Shown one piece after another: positions 44,241 to 59,194 of a stretch of 64,000 nucleotides of DNA; within the stretch, counting starts at the first letter, position 1, and the number at the start of each line of letters is the position of its first letter. The DNA lies in NCBI RefSeq assembly GCF_009914755.1, contig NC_060926.1, one strand, 5' to 3'. The translations under genes and the position numbers were made by a program. The DNA comes from the human T2T-CHM13v2.0 reference genome, Homo sapiens. The notes beneath the pieces were generated by a model. That model was not told the DNA's origin, ran no database searches, and saw only the letters and a list, made by a program, of their open reading frames with translations.

Positions 44241-46386
44241 ATGAACATTGATGTTATTTTAATCTAAATTTCTAACAAGGTATACTTTTCTAATTTTTTC
44301 ATGTGTAATATTTGAATTACCTCAATGCCACTCTTAATATAATATTGCACTACAAATGTAAGCAATAATAATAAAAAAATTCTATACATTAGGCAATTAT
44401 ATGAATCCCTAATAAATGCTTTCCTCCCTTTCATCAATGTGCTTTCTTTAAATGCATGGTCAAAAAAATTACAGGTAATCTGCTTTTATTTATTCAGAGC
44501 CATGGAAATGAGTTTCATTTGGGGCTGAGAGTATTACTACTGTAGTGGATGTCAGAGAGAGAGGGCATTATATTGCAGCTAATGGCCTTCACTAATAGTA
44601 AAAGATGAATGCCCCATGTACCTGAAGGAAGGCCTCCTACAGTAAAACAGGAGCTGTTCATCAGCTGAAACTTTCAGGTATCATTTAATTTGAGAAGTGA
44701 GAGAAATTAAATTATTCTAGGAAGGGCAATGAGAATCCCATTGAAGGTAATGGAATGAAATACTGATTCCATTCAGGTCTGCATGCAGACTGAATTATGT
44801 CATGTTCCTGAAGGCAAGGCATAGGCAAGGAGAACAGGGCTGTCTGTGTTTATTTACTCTTGTAACTCTAAGGCATTACTTCTTCTTGCCATCATTGGAG
44901 GATGCGAATAGCAAGGGGATAGTATTTAAAATAAATGTTTTAGAGGTTACCCAGTGAAAAGGAATTATGGCCAAGTCCTGTAGAAAAAAGACCTGCAGAT
45001 GACAGTCTGAAGATGTGAGGACTGGTGGTGATTCTGGATAAGAAGCATAATATTTCCGGGCCTCCAATTTCTCACAAGAAATTTCTGCTTAAATAATGGT
45101 TACTTAAGGGCATGTCAGTTTAAATATTTTATAGTCTTCATATGTGTAATTCTAAGATTCTGTTATCATTAGAAAAAGAGTCAATTCGAGGTTAGGAAGA
45201 AAAAAATTGAGTAGAAGTGAATGAAAAAGAGCAGACATAGTTGCTTTATAACCTAGCTGTGGGAAAGAGAAAGAACATTGCAGTTGCAGTTACATCCTTT
45301 AACACTATTGTCAATGAGGATCTGTAAATCCTTAATCTTCTTACTTATGGATGTAGCATAATAATATCTATTTCTTGGAGTGTTTGTGACTATGGATACT
45401 AAACAAGATTGTACATGAAAAGCACTGAGACCCTCACACAATAAACGTGGTCATTAGTTACTACGATTATGCGAGTTAAGGAGGAGGAGTAGGGCATCAT
45501 ATCCTACAGTGTGCTGACACAGGGTGTCCTGGGTGGACCTAAGCCTCTGGTTTGAGGGGAGAGTCTTGGGGAGAAATACTATCAAGTGCGTATGGAGCAT
45601 ATCCTCTTAGCTGCTCTAAATGAAGCATGTTATTAGAGGTTGCCCTGACCTTTCCTATCCTGAGTCTTCGAGTGACTCCGTCTCAGAGTGACACTGAAAG
45701 GTTAGTGTCAACAATGCAGTTCTATGGCTCTATCATTAAAATTTTGTCCCCATATTTACTTTTGTGTACATTATATTGTTTTGGAAAAGTATAAACATTT
45801 CAAGAATTGTTTCATTAAAGAATATTCCTTTTTTTTTTTTTTTTACCTGAAGCAAAATATAAGGAGGCAACTAGGAGACTCACTAAGAATTTCCAGCATT
45901 TCAACAAGGAAAAATGATATTAGCCTTCTAGGATCTTGGCAAATTAAGTAGATAAGCTTGTCTTCAACACCTTCAGTCTCTCAGCTCTTCATCATGTTCT
46001 CATCTAGTGGTCACTTTCTCAAACATTCTCCTTTAGAAAGCAGGATTTCCCATGTAGAACAAAGAAAAAACAGGGTCTGTAAGGATATATAGTGAGGATA
46101 TTGGAGGGAAGGACAAAGTGGGTGGAAATTTGATTCTTCTTTGTGAGGTTTACTCTTCGTCCTTCTCTTCCACAGTCTGTGTTTGCAGGTAGATGTTTTT
46201 AATGGGTTTCCTGCTTTAGGACTTTTTGAACAGCCATGGAAGGGGCCAGGGAGAGGGAAGGAATCTCTAGTCCTGAGCATTGCCGAGTCCTTCATCCATC
46301 CTCAGTCCCACCTTTGGATTCCTTGTGGTACAATGATTTCTCCAGAGACAGGCACTTTCCTTGAGCAGGTAAGAGTGGACAGTCTC

Positions 46387-46408
46387 GTGTGTGTGTGTGT
46401 GTGTGTGT

Positions 46409-46442
<34 letters not shown>
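46387..46442. repeat. (TG)n microsatellite
   Basis: About 28 TG units with one TC interruption. Confidence 0.97.
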
Positions 46443-46445
<3 letters not shown>

Positions 46446-49400
46446 GCAGTCAGGCAGCAATCTGGGGGAAGCAGGAGACAAATCTTTCTCTTGCAATTTT
46501 TCTTTAAGTGGAATTTCCCACCTGCCTCAGTGAATAATTTACACAACATAAAAGTGATCATGAAACCATAGTTCAATGCTTACAGAAGGAAGCAAGGCTG
46601 ACTTACAGAAGTTACTGTTTCACTAGGGCAGAGAAAATTGTCTCAGGTGCCTTGAACATTTCAGCTCCCTACACAGCTTGCAGATGCTCTCCCCAAGGTA
46701 CAGTGGCCTGGCCTTCCATCAGCACAGTCAGTGAGTAAATATGTCCTTTAGTCATTTATTAACCGCTATTACATAATTGAACGACTCTAACCTGTCTTTG
46801 CATAGCTCATAGCTCACAAGCTTTTGAGGAATACGAAGTGTTTATTCAATAAACATTTGTTAAACTCTGAGAGATAATTGTGCATGACATCCTTAGATCA
46901 GAGTTTCCCCGAGTGTTCTATGGAGCACTGTCCAGCCCAATACCTTTATCAACGTAAACGATGGGAGAGTTAGGGGTACAGTGCTATAATTTCCGTTGCA
47001 CAATAGACTATTAAATTCTCGCTGGAGGTAGGTCAAGGGGAAAAGAGACTTTATGATTCTTTAAGTAAGGATTTCAAAAATCACAGAGATTCCCAGAACA
47101 CATTTGTTTTCCTCATTGCCTCAGATAATCAAATGTTTGTTGGGAAATTCTGAACTAAGAAATTTGTTCTACTGATAAAGTTGCTGAAAGAATTTTTAGA
47201 CTCAAGCAACTATTGCATTCTGAATTCATTCTTCATGGAACAGGGCTTAGCAAAGCTGGTATTGGCATTATCAAAAGGCAGAGAGGGTTTGTTGAACTGA
47301 GCACTTCTGTATTCTGAGCAAGTGTCTTGGGGAGCTAGAAAAGTCCTGACATGCTTTGGCAATGATCGCTACAAAACGTTTCACTCAATACTGTCTACAT
47401 TAATTTCTGAAAGAAATTGCAAAACATTTTGATAGTTTTTCTAAAGGTCTGAGTTTTAAGATTTTGTGTATTTTCACTTAAATCTAAAACTAGAAATTAC
47501 CAATTAAAAGAATTGTGACAATGTGGTCATTCACTTTATTCACTTTAAATTCTTGATAAATTAATTAATCAAACAATTATTGTGCATCCTACCCTTTGCT
47601 AGCCTTGCATTAGTTACTGGAAATGAGGAGATGGGCCATCAGGCTCATGCTTTGTGTGCCTAATACCGAGACCTCTGCAGTTTATGTCTGATTATGCTGT
47701 ATCAACTTTTGGGAGATAAAATCTACTGAGTTCTGCCTGCTGTTTTAGAAAGTCTTTGATTCATCCCATTTGCTCTAATCAATAACCTTCAGTCTCTGAA
47801 AGGCCTATGTCAAAATGCTTACAACAGATTTTCCCATTTCACTGCATTTCATTGCAATAGACCTGCCCATCTCCCTCTGTTCATGGCTCCTGGATTAATC
47901 CTTCCAAGGCAGTAATTTAATGACTGTCATGGTCAAAAAGGTAGGGATGGAAAATATTAGTATTTAGAGAAACTTTTTGTGTTAATCTCATGGAGGTCTG
48001 GGGGTAGAGAAATCTTGGTAGAATTCATAATCCTTGTCACCAGAAACTACAGGATTGAAGTATAAAAGGGCACAATTCTCCTAACTTTGCCCCAAGCAAA
48101 ATAGCTGGTCAGTTTTGAGTCTCAATGCCTTCTATAGCATCCAAGATGTAGAAAAATCCACCCAATTCTTAAAAAAACCATTTTAAAGGAGAGTATGAAT
48201 AGGATGTATGTTTCTAATGTGATGAGGAACAAATTATTTTGTTGTCAATGAATGAAACATCTCGATTCACATATGTATTTGAAGAATTTAAAAATATCTC
48301 TTATCTCTTTTACCCAAGTAAATATTCTCAGAAACAATTAAAATTCATTTGTATCTGTCTACATTTAAAGATTTGCCAGTAGGCTAAAATGACTTTTTGA
48401 GGATTCTAATCAAATCAGTATAATAAAAAACAACTTGCTAATGTCTGTAGGATAAAAAGAAAATCTCTAACCTTGAAGAAACAATAAATGCAAAATAATT
48501 AAGTCATGGAGATAACAATTGCTGCATTTCAGAACGTGTAGCTTTTGTTCATTTTCATATGACTGAATAATGATTGCATTTTATAAGTAGATGTGTTTGA
48601 AAACCTATCTATCATAGGCAAGAGTGGAATTACGAAAGGGATCACGGATTTCACATCTTAATCTTTAGAAATGAAATACTGAGTTTGTTTGTTTGTTTGT
48701 TTGTTTTGGTTTATTTTTTTCCCTTAAGAATCAGTCACAAACTCTTTGGGAATATATGTGGAAAAAGTCTCCTTCTGACATGGGGATCTGCCTACCATCT
48801 TGGCAAAATCCCAAAGGAAATTTTCCTGGCAGCACTATGGCCCTCATCCCCAAACTGAACTGAGTCCTTTATAAGGGAGGGAAAAGAAGTTGGCCAAAAG
48901 TACTAGGGGACTAGCCCATAGGAAGAGTTATAAACAGTGGCCAGAGCAATCCACTTCACTAAGAGCTTTGGCTTTTCTCCAATAAAATAAATCCCCAATT
49001 TTTATTGTGGCATTCAAGACACTTCGGAAATTTAATCTACCTAAATTAATTTCCTTATCTTTTGCTACTTCCCTGGTACGCTGACCATACACAATATTCC
49101 ATGCTTTTATTGCCTCCTTGCTTTTTCTCATATTGTTCTCTTTGCCTTGAATGGCATCACCCAGCCATCAAAAACCAATAACATAAGAGTATATGCAGAA
49201 GCTGCAGCATATCACAGGTCTGAGAAGTCAAGAACTGGAGTTCAGGAGTTGCTAACATGCAGAAGCACAGGTAAACATTACAGGCTTTAGGTTGAGATCT
49301 TGCCAGGAGTACATACTGCTAAGAGTAAAAGTAAACAGCAAAAACAACAAAAATAGACAAACTTTCACAAATATTGAGACCCACTCCTAAATCACTTCAA

Positions 49401-50265
49401 TCTATAATTGGAATAAGGAGAGTATTCCCTAACCGACTGCCTCACAAAGATCAAATATATCCTCTATGAAGGAATGATAACTTCCTCTGGAGACTCATAT
49501 TCCATTTATAATTTATTTATACAAAAGAACAGCCAGTCTATAAGCACTTACTAAACAATGTTTCATTACTTTAAGGGAAGCATTGTTATGTTTTACATTG
49601 AGAACGGTATCGTGGAACGATTAGAAATGAGTACTTATCTTTAGGAAAATAGACTGAAAAAAATTGCTAGGCATACACGAGGAAAGATAAAGTGACTAAA
49701 TACCAAGAGATGCTAGAAAACAGAGTAACTTAACATATTCAAAATAATATAAGACAGGACTGAAAATTTCTACAGAGTTGAAATCTATAAAAAGATCAAA
49801 TGGAAAACCTTCAATTAAGAAATATGCTAACTACAGTTAATAACTAAACAGATGGCTCAAACAGAAGAGTGGGCATATCTGTAGAGGAAGACAATATTTC
49901 AATAGAACATATACAGTATAAAATATAAATCCCAGAAAGATAGGAGGGTAAAAAAGAGAGAGAGGTGTGTAAGATAGATAAGAAACCTGCGTAACTTGTA
50001 TCTCAGAAGGAGAAAAGACAGAGGAGAAAAGAAGGTATAAATGGCTGAGCACTTTCTAAAACTAAAGAAAAATACCAACCTGTAGATTCAAGAATTTCTG
50101 CAAACCTCAAGTGAGAAAAATATTGAGTGAAATTCAAGAAGAAAAAAGAAAATCTTAAAATAAGCTGGAGAAAAAAGGCACATTAGCTTTAAGGAAACAA
50201 CAATAATAATGAGAGGCACTTCTTAGAAATAAAATAAAATAAAAAACCAATGTAATGATAGCTTC

Positions 50266-50766
<501 letters not shown>

Positions 50767-53700
50767 GTAATGATAGCTTGCTTTTTAATAACTAGCAATA
50801 ATAATTGATAAAATAGAATTTAATGCACATCAAAAATAGTCATTTCTAATGAAAGTGAAACCAAAACATTTCAAAACAAACATCATTAGCAATAACTTGG
50901 CATCAGTAAATCTACTGAAACACACTAAGTAAAATTCTTCAGACCAGAAAAAGAAGAAATGATGGCGTATAGAAACAAGCAACAAAAGAAAAGATGAAGA
51001 GCAATGGTGAGGGTAAATATGTGGATTAATCTAAATGAATATTGACTGCATAAAATAAAAATCAGATTTTTATGGAGTTTTGTCTATACAAATAATTAAA
51101 ATTATGCAATTAATAGCACAAAAGGAGGTACATGAAGAGAATAAATAAAATTACAATACTTTAAATGTTTAAAGTCTTGCACTTTCCTAGAAGGAGTAGA
51201 AATACTAATTTTAACTATATTTTATTTTCAGTTATACATATGAACTCTGTAGTTTAACAACTGAAAAAATGCGTTAAGGAATTTAGAACAGAAAAACAAA
51301 TAAGGCAAAAATATAATAACAATAATTAGTTCAAAAGTAGGCAAAAAACAAAAAAATCAAATACAGAACAGTGAGATAAATAGAAAAAATTAGTATAATT
51401 GTAGAAATAAACATGAATATACTAGAAATTCCATCAAATGTAAACAGACTAAGTATTCTAATTAAAAGACAAAGATTATGAGAATTAATTTTAAGAAAAT
51501 GAATTTTATTCTATTCTACTTTAAAGAAACTCAGCTTAAATATGAAAATACAGAAAGGTTGAAAATAAAAGCATGAAAAGAGATATAGGCTGCAAACACT
51601 AACCAAAAGAAAGTTAGTGTAGCTATGTTACTGTCAGACAAAATTGACTTTATAAAATGAATTATCACTAGAGATAAAGATGACATTTCATGATGATGAA
51701 ACTGTCAGTCTATCAGGAATATATAAAAATTCAAAATTTGTATGCATCTAGGAAGAAAGTCTCAAAGTATTAAGCAGTCACAGAGTAAAAAAGAGAAATG
51801 GATATATCTGCAATCATAGTGGGGAATCTTAACATAACCTTTCTCATTACCCGGTAGAACAAATGGACAAATTTGGATTTGTAGATAGTTTGAACAACTG
51901 CAGAATACACAATGTTTTCTTATTCCTATAGAATGTTAACCATAATTGAACATGTCAAGCCATAAAGCAATTTAAACAAGCTCAAGGGTTGAAATCTCAC
52001 AGATTATGTTATTTGCAATAGTGGAGCTAAAGTAGAAATAAATAATAAATTGAAATCTAAAATTTTTTTCAAAGTTATGCAAATTAAGCAAAAATACATT
52101 TGAGTAAGTCATAAATAAAAGAAGAAATCACTATGGAAATTAAATTGAATTCTAAAATATGTGATGCAACAAAAACTACTTAAAGGGAAATTTATATCAC
52201 TATCAGAGAAACACAGTGTGAAAAGTAATAATTTAATATACAGTTCAAAATATTAGGAAAAAATAACAGAAAATTAAAATGAAAGAAAGCCAAAGGAAGA
52301 AAATATGAAATGTAAAAAAAAATTTAAAAACACATAGAGAAGATGCACAAAAATAGACAATGACATAGTGAACAGATACAATTGGTACAATTGGAACAAT
52401 ACTGTAAGGACTAATCAAAAAGAAAATTGAGAAAGCATAAATTACCAATATCCTGCATACATAATTAGAAAATATAATAAAAGGAATGAATACTAATAGA
52501 TTCAAAATGTTAATTGAAATTGACAAATTCCTTGAAATCACAATTTATAAAATTTGCACTAAAAAATATAAAAAACTTTAATAATCTAAAATTTATTTAA
52601 GTAATGTAATCCATAATTTGCAGCCCAGGTGACTTCACCTGTGAAATCAAAAGATAAAATTTTTAAATTTTTAAATAAGAATAATAATTAAACATAAAAT
52701 CTTCCAGAGAACTAAAAAATAAAAAAATAAAAATACTTTCTAATACCTTTTATGAATCTGTGTAAGTTTCTTATCAAAATTTGACAGGGACTTTACAAGA
52801 AAGACAATTTAAGGGCCAATCTTTCTCTTAAATACAAATGCAAAAACCCTAGGCAATATAATAGCAAACTGAATTTAGTTATATAATATGCTAATACATT
52901 ATATCCAAGTTGATTTATTACAAGGATAAATATTGTATAGCCTTTACGAATTAATAAAATTTACAAAATTAATAAATTTAAGGGCAAAACTGCACAAATA
53001 TTTTAAAAGTTGAAAATTATTTGATAAAATTTACACTCTAAGTGTTAAAAAATTTTTAGCTAACAAGAAAGGCAAAAAGACCTTCTTCAATCTGTTAGAT
53101 GGCACCAAAAAAAAAAAAAACCATTTTATTTAATAGTGACACCGGAAAAAGGTAGGAAGCTCACTATCACCACATATTTTCAACTTTGTACTGGAGTTCC
53201 TAGCCAGGGCAATAAAGAAACAAAAATAAATAAGCAGTATAACATTTGGAACACAATATGTAAAACATCAAATATTCACATATTGTATCATTTTAGGTAT
53301 AGAAACCCAAAGGAATCTAGAGTTGAATGATAAAAAGTTATGAGTACATTTAGAACATTTATTGAATAAGGACCATGTAGAACAAACAATAATATATTTT
53401 ACATATTACTAGTATAAAGAGAATGAATTTTTATTTAAAAAATGATATTTACAATTCATTGAGCAATATTTATTTTCTAGGAATAAATCAAACCAAAGAT
53501 ATTTAAGATCCATGTGCTAGCAAACTACAAGACATTACAGAGAGAAAAAAATATCTGCTAAGTGTAGGGATATACCATGTTCATGAACTGAAGGATTAAA
53601 TAGTTAAATATGTCAATTTTTCCTAAATTAATCTATAAATTCAGAACCCTAATTAATATCCTAGCAGGTGTTTTGGTGGAAATTAATAAGCTAATTCTAA

Positions 53701-54674
53701 AATTCATACAGGACTATACCTGACCAAAAATACATAAGACAATCTTAAAGAAGAAAAAGTTACCATCAGTTATCAAGTTTTATTCTAAATCTAAAATACA
53801 GTATAATATTAATGAAGAGACAGACAAACACATTAATTAAACAGTATAGAGAATCCAGAAACAGAGCCACACACATAAGCAAACTAATTTTGATGATAAA
53901 AGTGGTGCTATAGAGTAGTGGAGAATGATAGACTTCAATAAATAATGCAGGATAAGTTGATTAATTATATACTTAAAAAATGAACATTCACTTCTACCTA
54001 ACACTTTACAGAAAAGCAAAAGTTTTATTGCAGCTCTACATTTAAAAGATAAAATATAAAACTTCTAAAATACATTATCTTTATGACAGTAAGTTAGGAA
54101 AATATTTCTTAAATAGGATGTTAATTTTCCGACAATAGGAAAACATTTAAAAAAATCCACTATGTTAATGTAAAAAACTTGTTTTTTTCAAAAGATACTA
54201 TTTAAAGAGTAAAGAAGCAAGCAGTACAGTGGAAAAAAGTAATTTTCAACACATATAACTGACAAAGAAGTCCTTTCAGAGTATATAAAAACCTATAAAT
54301 CAATAAGAAAAGAATAGAAAATCTAATTTTAAAACTGGACAAACGTCTTGAAAAGGCACTTGACAAAAGAAGACATCCAAATGGCTCACATATATCCAAA
54401 ATGATGCTCAACTTCATTGGTCATTAGGAAAGTGCAAATTAACTCAACGAAAGCATGTAACTATATACCTACCAGAATACCTAAAAGAAAAAGATTGATG
54501 GTACAACAAAAATTTTTACCTATTGCTGATGGCAGAATAACCTAGTGAAATCATTTTGTAAAACTGGCTGCTCATGTATATTCCCTATGATGAAGCAACA
54601 CCACTTCTGAATATATGTCTAAGATGAAGTGGTGCATATGTTTATCACAAGACATGTATAAGAATGAGTTCAGA

Positions 54675-54976
54675 GACCCTGCGCGGTGGCTCACGCCTGT
54701 AATCCCAGCACTTTGGGAGGCCGAGGCAGGCGGATCACGAGGTCAGGAGATCGAGACCATCCTGGCTAACACGGTGAAACCCCATTTCTACTAAAAATAC
54801 AAAAAAATTAGCCAGGCATGGTGGTGGGTGCCTGTAGTCCCAGCTACTCGGGAGGCTGAGGCAGGAGAATGGTGTGAACCCAGGGGCAGAGCTTGCAGTG
54901 AGCCGAGATTGCGCCACTGCACTCCAGCCTGGGGGACAAAGTGAGACTCTGTCTCAAAAAAAAAAAAAAAAAAAAA
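54675..54976 (+). mobile_element. AluY
   Basis: AluY diagnostics, altered first bases (gaccctgcgcgg). TSD aagaatgagttcaga/aagaatgaatacaga. Confidence 0.96.
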
Positions 54977-55854
54977 AAGAATGAATACAGAAATTAAATT
55001 CATAACAGAACCAAACTGTGAAAAAACCAAATGCCTATTATCAGCAGAGTGGAGAAATAAATTATGGCATTTCCAATTTGTTGTACAGGAATGCTGTACA
55101 ACAATTAGAACAAATTACAACTTCAAAGCATGGATGAATCTCCCTAATGTTGTTTGGCACAAAATAAGCCAGACAGAAAAGAGCAAGTACTGTATAAAAC
55201 CACTGATATAAGTCCCAAAGTAGAAAAAACTAATATGTATTTTTAGAAGTCAGGCAAGGGGCAACCTTTGCATGAAGATTAGGAGTGGTTACTGGGTCAT
55301 CAAATGCTCTTCTGAGATATTTATAATCTTTTTTTTTCTTGATCTGAGTGCTAGCTATACAGAGGCATGCTTACTTTGCATAAACACCCATGGGTTAATG
55401 TATTTTTCTGTACGTATATGTCACTTCAATAAAAATATTTGTTAAAAACAATGCCAGTGTGCTAAGTGAGTGACTATGTTATTTACTTTCATCTGGATGA
55501 AGTACACCATCAAACTGCCCTGAACAAAGCATCTGAAGAATAAGCCAATGGCCAAAGAGTCACTAGATTTTCTTCAAGTTTGGAAGAAATTTTATCTACT
55601 AACTCATGGGAATAAACAGAGTCCCAATTGAAACTGTTTTTAACATTTTGTTGGCAAATTGGTTGACATGAGATTTATGTCACAGGATCTGAGAAGTGAA
55701 GGGATGAATATGGGTCAGTTTGAAGACTACCACAAGTTTACAATAGGATGGTTATGAATTAGATAATGCATCTCATCTTAAATCTCTCCTGAGATTTATA
55801 TATTATAGGGGAAAAAGAAAATAATGGTAAGAACAATAATTATGTAAAATTCAT

Positions 55855-57040
55855 ATAGTGGAGTCATAGTGACAGTGGCTGACTAAGGGACTCTGAAATT
55901 TTGCCCCTTCATAACAGCAATAGAAAAAACTGGTGAAAATTATCAGAATCAACTTTTATGGAAGTCTGGAAATCAACCAAAGGCTTACAGAAACCTGAAC
56001 TTTAGTCCCTGGAAGACTAAATTGAAAGGCTTGTTTTTAGTTCATCTGATTTGGAAATCCCCAGTGCCAAAATCACTACCTAGGTGGAGGTGTTTTCTGT
56101 AAAAATTTATATCCAAATGTTTTAGTCGCTGCTGCCTGAGGTATAGATAAAAGTTGGGTCAAACAATTGACTAACTGAAAGCTTGGGAAGAATGACTAGG
56201 AAGGGAAATGTGTATAAGGACTTTGGAAAGCTCTGACATATTTCTTGGAATGTAAAAGGCCATGTGCCTACCTAGAACTGCAAATATGCTCAGGATAGTC
56301 CTGAGAAGGCCCTGAGTTCTCACTTTTTGTTAACCTTCAGTCTCTGCATGAGCAGGAAGTGAAGGCTGAGGCATAGTTGTAATGGCCTTGTCGAGTGTTG
56401 AAGGCATGTGCCCCAACAGGTACACAAAGGCTCCCAGTAAAGACTGGGAGACTTGTGTGTGTGTTCTAGGCATTAAAAAAAATCTCTGACCAATCTCTGA
56501 CCTCTAAACTAATGGAACTGTGACTTCAGTGGCAATACATGACAAACAATTCTCTCTTAATATAGAGAATTATAAAAAGTAATTAAATGTATTAGTCCGT
56601 TTTCATGCTGCTAATAAAGACATACCCAACACTAGGCAAGCTACAAATGAAAGAGGTTTATTTGGACTCACAGTTCCACCTGGCTGGGGAGGCCTCATAA
56701 TCATGGTGGAAGGCAAGGAGGAGCAAGTCAGATCTTACATGGATGGCAGCAGGCAAAGAGAGAGCTTGTGCAGGCAAACTCTTGCTTCTATCAGATGTTG
56801 TGAGACTTATTCACTATGACGAAAACAGCACAGGAAAGACCTGCCCCCAAGATTCAATTATCTCCCACCAGGTTCCTCCTACAAAGTATGGGAATTATGG
56901 GAGCTACAAGATTAGATTTGGGTGAGGACACAGAGCCAAACCGTATCACTAAATAAATAACAAGCACTATAAGCAGTAACAATACACTCTGAGGAGGAGA
57001 GGTGATCTGATTACCAGAGTTGTCATAATACTAAAGAGAT
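55855..57040 (+). mobile_element. L1M (L1MC/MD-like) 5' UTR fragment carrying a THE1
   Basis: tcagaatcaacttttatggaagtctggaaatcaaccaaaggcttacag and gagcaggaagtgaaggctgagg are old L1M 5'-end motifs. Confidence 0.7.
56588..56948 (-). mobile_element. THE1 (C/D-like) solo LTR
   Basis: tgtattagtccgttttcatgctgc...cagagccaaaccgtatca. TSD ttaaa/ctaaa. Confidence 0.95.
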
Positions 57041-57044
57041 TTAG

Positions 57045-59130
57045 TTTTTTATTATGAATATTATTTTTTTGATGGGCATATCACAATTGTATATATTTTG
57101 GGGTACAATAAAATGTTTCAATCCAGGTATACGATGTAGAATTACTACATCAAGTTATTCAACATATCTGTCACTTCACTTACCTATCATTTTTTATTGT
57201 GAGTCATTTGACATTTACTCTCTTATTTTTAAATATACATTATTACTGACTATAGTTACCCTGCTGTGCAATAGATCTCAAAACCTATTTCTCTTGTCTA
57301 TATGAAACTTTTTACCCTTTGATCAACACCTCCCCATCTTCTCCCTCCCTCCACTCACCCAGCCACTATCTACTTTCTCTTTTTTATGAGTTCCACTTTT
57401 TTACATTCCACATATAAGTGAGATTATGCAGTATTTGTCTTTCTGGGCTTGGCTTTTTTCATTTAGCATAATGTCCTCCAGATTTTTTTAATATGACCCA
57501 GAAAGCACAGGCAACAAATGCAAAAATAGCCAAATAGGATAGCATCAAACTAAAAACCTTTGCACAGCAAAGGAAACAATTAACAAACTGAAGAGACAGT
57601 TTGTTGTCACAGATGACAGAATTTCCCACTTTTAAAATGCTGAATAGTATCAAACCATGTGTATATGCCACATTTTAAAGATCCGTTTACCTGTTAGTGG
57701 ACTGTTAGGATTATTCCATATCTTGGCTATTGTGAAAAATGCTGCTATGAACATGGGAGTGCAGATATACATTCCACATATTGATTTCATTTTCTTTGGA
57801 TATATACCCAGAAGTAGAATTACTGGATCATATGGTAGGTCTATTTTCAGTTTTTTGAGAAACCTCCATATCATTTTCTGTAGTACCAATTTACATTCCC
57901 ACCAACAAGGTACAAGAATTCTCTTTCCTCCACCTCCTTACCAAGACTTGCTATCTTTCATCTTTTTGACAAAAGTCATTCTAGCAGGTATAATGTGATA
58001 ACTTATTGTGGTTTTAATTTCTATTTCTGTAATGACTAGTGATGCTGAACAGTTTTTCATGTACCCATTGGCTATTTGTATGTATTGCTTTTGAGAAATG
58101 TCTATTTAGGCTCTTTACCTTTTTTTAATTGAATTGTCTTATTGTTATTGAGTTAACTGAGTTCCTTATATATTTCTAATATTAACCCCTTATCAGATGT
58201 ATCACTTACAAATATTTTCTCCCATTCTGTGGGTTGTCTCTTCAGTTTGTTAATTGTTTCCTTTGCTGTGCGAAGGTTTTTAGTTTGATGCCATCCTATT
58301 TGGCTATTTTTGCATTTGTTGCCTGTGCTTTCTGGGTCATATTAAAAAAAATTTTTTGCCCAGACAAATTTCATGGAGCTTTTCTTCTGTGTTTTCTTTG
58401 AATAGTTTTCCACATTGAGATCTTATATTTAAATCTTTAATTCATTTTGAGTTGATTTTTGTGTATGTTGTGAAACCAAGGTCTATCCTTCTTTTGCATG
58501 CGGGTAACTAATTTTCCCAAAAACCATTTCTTGAAAGAGACTGCCCCTTTCCCAGTGTGTGTTCTTGGTACCTTTGTCAAAAATCAACTAACCATAAAAC
58601 CACATTCCATTGTCAATGTGTCTGTTTTTATGCCAGTACCACCCTGTTATAATTACAATCACTTTATGATGTATTTTGAAATCAGGGAGTGTGATGCCTC
58701 CTGCTTTGTTCTTTTTGTTCAAGATTGTTTTGCTATTCATGGTATATGAATTGAAGGAGTATTTTTTCTAAATCTGTGAAAAATGACATTGGAATTTTGA
58801 TAGATATTGCATTGAATCTGTTTATTAGTTTGGGTTGTATGGACATTTTAACAATATCAGTTCTTCCAATTTTTGAACATGGGATATCTTTCCACTAAAA
58901 AATATTTCCTTCACTTTCATCAGTGTTTCATATTTTTCAGCATACACGTCTTTTACCACCTTGGTTAAATTTACATCTAAGTATTTAGCATTTTTGTTGC
59001 TATTGTAAATGGAATTGTTTTCTTAATTTTAGTATGTAGAAATGTTATTGATTTTTGTGTGCTGATGTATCCTGCAACTTTATTGAATTCAGTTTATCAG
59101 TTCTAACAGTTTTTTGATGAAGGCTTTAAG

Positions 59131-59194
<64 letters not shown>

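Noticed and set aside
46899-47153. Possible hAT MITE bounded by cagagtttccc...gggaaattctg
   Set aside because: The termini look TIR-like, but I cannot match the interior to a family with confidence; it needs a Dfam search.
57483-57598. Twin-priming L1 5' inversion as the explanation for the inverted segment
   Set aside because: Twin priming inverts the 5' part without duplicating it. Here the segment is present twice, lies inside the 3' UTR and is much younger than the host.
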